DNA of 41,837 nucleotides from positions 1 through 41,837 of the forward strand of contig CAZTOE010000005.1 of the NCBI GenBank assembly GCA_964615045.1. Reading direction: 5' to 3'. Position 1 is the first letter of the stretch, and every line of letters starts with the position of its first letter. Below, piece after piece: positions 37,755-41,837 of this stretch. The stretch is from an uncultured Spirochaetales bacterium. Lineage in GTDB: Bacteria > Myxococcota_A > UBA9160 > PR03. The translations under genes and the position numbers were made by a program. Below the pieces are notes generated by a model that was given only the letters and a program-made list of their open reading frames with translations, was not told the DNA's origin and made no database searches.

Positions 37755-38380
37755 GCGACCGGGAAGCCATCTTTGGGGCACTGCGCCGCGTCCCGCGCCG
37801 TGGCATCGCCCACCCCGGGCGCTACACGCCTCCGTCCAGCGGGGCGAGCGCGGAACGCTTTCGCGAAGCGCTTGCAGTCGCCGGGGGCGTTTGTGAAGGG
37901 CCGTTCGCCGCGAATGCGCTGCGCGAACCGGTGGCCCGGCGCATCGCAGCCTGGCGTGCGCACGGACGCATTGTCGCGGAACCGCGCGCCGCGGCCGTCC
38001 TTGCGGGTCTCGCCGGTCTCGAGATCGAAGTGCTCGGCGAGGATGTCACGCCCGCATCTGGTGCCGACGTCGCGCTCTCCGTCGCGACCGGCCCGCTGGC
38101 CGTGGCCGAGAATGGCGCCGTCGCGGTCACGGGTGCCGATGCGCCCCACCGGGCCCATCTCGTCTTGTGTGAGTGCCTGGTGCTCCTGGTCCCGGCGGCG
38201 TCCATCGTCCCAGATCTCCACGCGGCGTTCGCAGCGCTTCCGCCCGACGCCCTCGAGCATCATCATCTCACCTGGATCGCGGGTCCTTCCAAGACCGCCG
38301 ATATCGAGCAGGCTCTGGTGTACGGGGCGCACGGCCCCCGGGAGCTCGTCGTCGTGCTGGTCGGCGAGTCGGCTAGCTAG
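37751..38380 (+). CDS. lutC: Lactate utilization protein C (LUD domain)
   Basis: AVAENGAV and IAGPSKTADIEQALVYGAHGP motifs. ATGA overlap with lutB. Confidence 0.9.
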   Translation: MSDREAIFGALRRVPRRGIAHPGRYTPPSSGASAERFREALAVAGGVCEGPFAANALREPVARRIAAWRAHGRIVAEPRAAAVLAGLAGLEIEVLGEDVTPASGADVALSVATGPLAVAENGAVAVTGADAPHRAHLVLCECLVLLVPAASIVPDLHAAFAALPPDALEHHHLTWIAGPSKTADIEQALVYGAHGPRELVVVLVGESAS

Positions 38381-39798
38381 AAATCGGCGTTGCCAGGAAC
38401 GCGAGGGAACGGAATCACGTCGCGGATGTTGGCCATGCCCGTCACGAACTGGACCAATCGCTCGAAGCCCAGGCCGAAGCCCGCGTGCGGGACCGAGCCG
38501 TAGCGGCGGAGATCCAGGTACCACCAATACGCGTCCCGCTCGAGGCCGGACTCCGCAAGGCGTGCCTCCAAAATGTCGAGGCGGTGTTCGCGTTGCGAGC
38601 CCCCGATGATCTCGCCCACCCTCGGTACCAGGACGTCCATCGCGCTCACGGTTCGGCCATCGTCGTTGGCGTACATGTAGAAGGGCTTGATCGCTCGCGG
38701 GTAGTCGGTGACGACCAGCGGCCGCCCCACATGCTCTTCGGTCAGATAGCGCTCGTGCTCGCTTTGGAGATCCTTGCCCCACACCACGGGAAAATCGAAG
38801 CTCCGCCCACTGGCCTCGAGAATGTCGATCGCCTCGCTGTAGGTGATGCGCTCAAAAGGCGACTCGACCACGTGCTCGAGAGTCTCGAGCACGGTTTTTT
38901 CGATGCGCTCCGCGAAAAAGGCGAGGTCCGTGGCGCTCTGTTCGAGTACATCGCGGCATACGGCCTTCAGGAAATCACGGGCGAGCGCGACGTCGCCGTC
39001 GAGATCGAGGAAGGCGACCTCGGGCTCCACCATCCAGAACTCGGCGAGGTGACGACTTGTGTTCGAGTTTTCGGCTCGAAAAGTGGGCCCAAAAGTATAG
39101 ACCCGCGATAGCGCGAGGGCGCCGATTTCGGCCTCGAGCTGCCCGGAGACCGTGAGGTAGGTCGGCCGACCGAAGAAGTCCCGCTCCGTTTCGGGAGGAT
39201 GAGTCCGCCCGCTCTGCAGGCCTTCGACATCCAGGGCCGTGACCCGGAACATCTCGCCCGCCCCCTCGCAGTCTGAAGCGGTGATCACCGGGGTGTGGAG
39301 TTGGACGAAGTCGCGTTCCTGAAAGAATCGATGGATCGCCTGGGCCGTCGTGTTGCGCACCCGCATCACCGCGCCGAGCGTGTTGGTGCGCATGCGCAAG
39401 TGCGCGACCTCGCGCAGGAACTCGAAGCTGTGGCGCTTCTTTTGGAGGGGGTAGCCGTCCGCGACCGCGCCCACCGCCTCGACGCGGCTCGCGTGGATCT
39501 CGAGGCGCTGCCCCTTTCCAGGTGATGCGACGAGCGCTCCTTCGGCGACGACCGCGTTCCCGGTGCCGAGCGAGCGCAGCTCCGATTCGTAATTCGAAAG
39601 CGCGGGATCGGCGACCACCTGGATTCCCGGCAGGCAGGAGCCGTCGGACAGCTCGAGGAATGAGACGCCCTTGGCGTGGCGCGCCGTCTTGAGCCAGCCC
39701 TGGACGCGCACCACCTGCCCCGCCTCCCCCCGCTCCAAGAGGTCGGCCACGCGAGTGGGGTTGGGGGCCGCTGCACTTGTGTTGGGCGAATGCGCCAT
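38377..39798 (-). CDS. asnS: Asparagine--tRNA ligase
   Basis: YPLQKKRHSFEFLRE, YLTVSGQLE, FRAENSNTSRHLAEFWM and GFGLGFER motifs. Confidence 0.96.
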   Translation of the reverse strand: MAHSPNTSAAAPNPTRVADLLERGEAGQVVRVQGWLKTARHAKGVSFLELSDGSCLPGIQVVADPALSNYESELRSLGTGNAVVAEGALVASPGKGQRLEIHASRVEAVGAVADGYPLQKKRHSFEFLREVAHLRMRTNTLGAVMRVRNTTAQAIHRFFQERDFVQLHTPVITASDCEGAGEMFRVTALDVEGLQSGRTHPPETERDFFGRPTYLTVSGQLEAEIGALALSRVYTFGPTFRAENSNTSRHLAEFWMVEPEVAFLDLDGDVALARDFLKAVCRDVLEQSATDLAFFAERIEKTVLETLEHVVESPFERITYSEAIDILEASGRSFDFPVVWGKDLQSEHERYLTEEHVGRPLVVTDYPRAIKPFYMYANDDGRTVSAMDVLVPRVGEIIGGSQREHRLDILEARLAESGLERDAYWWYLDLRRYGSVPHAGFGLGFERLVQFVTGMANIRDVIPFPRVPGNADF

Positions 39799-39821
39799 GG
39801 CGGTGAGCTCCTGTGGCGTCG

Positions 39822-40691
39822 CTAGCGTTCGAAGTCGTAGCCGACAAAGAAGGGATAGCGTCGGACGCGGCGGAGGATCGAATCGCGCAGGGCCGGCGGC
39901 CAGATGAGCTGGTCTCGGGTTCGCTGCGCCGTCCGCCAGACGACGCCGGCGCACGCCTCGAGATAATCCGCTTCGGGGACCACGCCGAGAAACTCGCACA
40001 GGCGTTTCAGTTCGCCCTGGGGGTGGGTGATCAGATCCTCGTGGCGGACGTCGACGCGCTCGTGGGGCGGGGTGCGCTGCCACAAGCGGGCAACGCCGGC
40101 CGCCATCCCGAAGTAGTGCTCGGTCAGTTCCTCGACAGAGCGGTGGGGCGAAGCCAGCGCCATGCGTGCGATGCTGTCGAACGGGTTGCGCACCACGTGC
40201 ACGAAACGGAGCGGGAGCGCCAGGCGCCGCTCGAGCTGGCCGAGGCGTTCGGGTTGGCGCACGAGCTTGCGGATCGTCGTTCCGCCGCGCTTGTCGCCCG
40301 CGACGAGGAACCGCCGAATGCGCCCCTGCCATTGCCCCGGTACGGCGTAGGAGTAGCCGGTCTGTTCGCGGCCCGAGGAGGCCGCCCGCTCGCTGTTCTC
40401 AAGCACCAGGGCGAGCAACTGGTCGCGCCCGAAGCCATACCGGGCGTAGCGGAGTACGTGGAGCTCGTGCGCGATCGCGATGTCGGGATGGGCATCGAGG
40501 AGTGCGCCGACCAGGCTGTGTCCGCTGCGCGGGTAGCCCACGAAGAGGCAGAACAGGCGGAGGTCGGCGAAGACCGCCCGTTCGGATCGGGCGCGGCGCC
40601 GGGAGCGCAGGTAGGCGGCCGGGAGCGAAGCCTTGCGCCGGAGCTGGCGGGACTGCTTGCGGAAGAAGCGCTCGACCCGGCCTCCCATCAC
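39822..40691 (-). CDS. Sulfotransferase family protein
   Basis: 5'-PAPS loop GYPRSGHSL, HVVRNPFD and RHEDLI...LCEFLGV motifs. Confidence 0.85.
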   Translation of the reverse strand: MMGGRVERFFRKQSRQLRRKASLPAAYLRSRRRARSERAVFADLRLFCLFVGYPRSGHSLVGALLDAHPDIAIAHELHVLRYARYGFGRDQLLALVLENSERAASSGREQTGYSYAVPGQWQGRIRRFLVAGDKRGGTTIRKLVRQPERLGQLERRLALPLRFVHVVRNPFDSIARMALASPHRSVEELTEHYFGMAAGVARLWQRTPPHERVDVRHEDLITHPQGELKRLCEFLGVVPEADYLEACAGVVWRTAQRTRDQLIWPPALRDSILRRVRRYPFFVGYDFER

Positions 40692-40699
40692 GGCGCGCG

Positions 40700-40719
40700 A
40701 GTATAACTTCGAGTAGAAT
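40700..40719. promoter_or_regulatory. Divergent -10 boxes (TATACT on -, TAGAAT on +)
   Basis: The minus-strand box is 8 nt before the sulfotransferase GTG. The plus-strand box precedes the repeat-rich leader. Confidence 0.5.
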
Positions 40720-40770
40720 GGAGGCCCTCGTTGTCCTGGAAGAGAACCCTCTGGGAGCCCCTCCTCCCCG

Positions 40771-40879
40771 GTTGGGAGACCCGCTTGGAGGACTCTAAGG
40801 TCCTGGTGGAAGACCCAGGTCCTGTTGGAAGACGTTGGAAGACCCGGTTGGGAGACCCGGTTGGGAGACCCGGTTGGCA
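40771..40879 (+). repeat. 13-bp direct/tandem repeat, consensus GTTGG(G/A)AGACCCG
   Basis: Full copies at 40771, 40834, 40847 and 40860. Partial or degenerate copies at 40784, 40805, 40824 and 40873. Confidence 0.85.
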
Positions 40880-41837
40880 GGTATCGTTCGCTACGGCTCT
40901 TACATCCCCTATTTCCGCCTTACGCGCGCTGCCCTGGGAGGTGGCAAGGGCGAGCGCGCCGTCGCGAGCTACGACGAAGATGCGGTCTCGATGGCGGTCG
41001 AGGCAGGACGCGAGACTGCGCGGCAAAGCGGCAGCGGCGAGACGGTCGACACCCTCCTCTACGCGACGACCCAGCCGGCCTACGCCGAAAAGCTCGACGC
41101 GGCACTACTCCACGCCGCCCTCGACCTGCCCGAATCCGTCACCGCGCTCGACCTCGGCGGCAGTACTCGAGCCGGCGTAACGGCGATACTGACGGGCCTC
41201 GACCTCGCCGCGGCCGGACGCGTCCCCATGGTCGTGGCGAGTGATCTCGTCATTGGCGCCCCCGAAGGTGCGCGCGAGCGCGAAGCGGGCGACGCCGCCG
41301 TCGCGTTTGTATTTGGCTCCGACGAGCAGGCGATCGCACTCCCGCTTGCGCGCGCGTCTCGCACCGATGAACTCCTCGACGTCTGGCGCGCGCCCGGCGA
41401 GCGTTTCGCGCGCCAGTGGGAGGAGCGCTTCGGCGCCGAGATCCTGGTTCCCCTGATGACCGAGGTTGCCAAGCAGGCCCTCACGGAGGCCGGCTTGCAG
41501 CCCGGGGATCTCAGCCAGGTGATCTTCGACAGCACCAATGCGCGGGCGTCGCGCGCGCTGCCCCGGGCGCTGGGTCTCAAACCCGAACAAGTGGCCGACC
41601 CACTGGCCGACAGCGTGGGACGGGCGGGCACTGCCCACGCGGGGCTGCTCTTGGCGCGGGCGCTCGATCGCGCCCAGCCAGGGGATCGGATCGCCGTCGT
41701 GACCGGGATCGACGGGGCCGATGCGCTGATCCTCGAGGTCACCGAGCGGATCGCCACGGCGCGACCCGCACACTCCGTCGATCGGTGGATCGAGGCCAAG
41801 CGCAACGACCTCCCCTACAACACCTATCTCAAGTGGC
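40874..41837 (+). CDS. HMG-CoA synthase/thiolase-fold family protein (likely the type fused to a DUF35 OB-fold), 5' part, runs off window
   Basis: Not in ORF track. Own translation from TTG 40874: MAGIVRYGSYIPYFRL...GERAVASYDEDAVSMAVEAG...LYATTQPAY...VVASD...GDAAVAF. Frame stays open to the window end. Confidence 0.82.
   Translation, partial: MAGIVRYGSYIPYFRLTRAALGGGKGERAVASYDEDAVSMAVEAGRETARQSGSGETVDTLLYATTQPAYAEKLDAALLHAALDLPESVTALDLGGSTRAGVTAILTGLDLAAAGRVPMVVASDLVIGAPEGAREREAGDAAVAFVFGSDEQAIALPLARASRTDELLDVWRAPGERFARQWEERFGAEILVPLMTEVAKQALTEAGLQPGDLSQVIFDSTNARASRALPRALGLKPEQVADPLADSVGRAGTAHAGLLLARALDRAQPGDRIAVVTGIDGADALILEVTERIATARPAHSVDRWIEAKRNDLPYNTYLKW

Noticed and set aside
40771-40879. 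CRISPR array or iteron origin
   Set aside because: The units are 13 bp and mostly abut with no unique spacers. There is no cas or rep gene in the window.

Overview
A gene-dense, very GC-rich bacterial chromosomal segment with about 46 CDSs. The gene content resembles Myxococcota/deltaproteobacteria, but this is inference only. I found no rRNA, tRNA, CRISPR array, transposase or phage gene. It mixes housekeeping genes (maf, tatD, ribB-fusion, greB, recQ, asnS, lutABC, tesB) with many redox and acyl-CoA enzymes. The main result is two hidden selenoprotein genes that the ORF track splits at an in-frame TGA. (1) 14202-15149 (+): a PrdB/GrdB-like reductase selenoprotein B homologue with a V-U-P-V-C-H motif, an extra C-terminal CxxC, and no prd/grd partner genes nearby. 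(2) 21293-20676 (-): an AhpD/CMD-like protein with E-x11-C-F-Y-U-T-Q-S-H, heading a five-gene operon with a nitroreductase, a flavin monooxygenase-like protein, a membrane-anchored protein and a GFA protein. Each TGA is followed by a similar SECIS-like hairpin: a perfect 8-bp stem with a GT-containing apical loop 17-18 nt after the UGA. Also notable are an ArsS-like radical SAM cluster in its Cys form, a degenerate GTP cyclohydrolase II domain, several TANNNT boxes 8-10 nt before SD-less starts (probably leaderless mRNAs), and a 13-bp GGA-rich tandem repeat that supplies the SD and start codon of the last gene.
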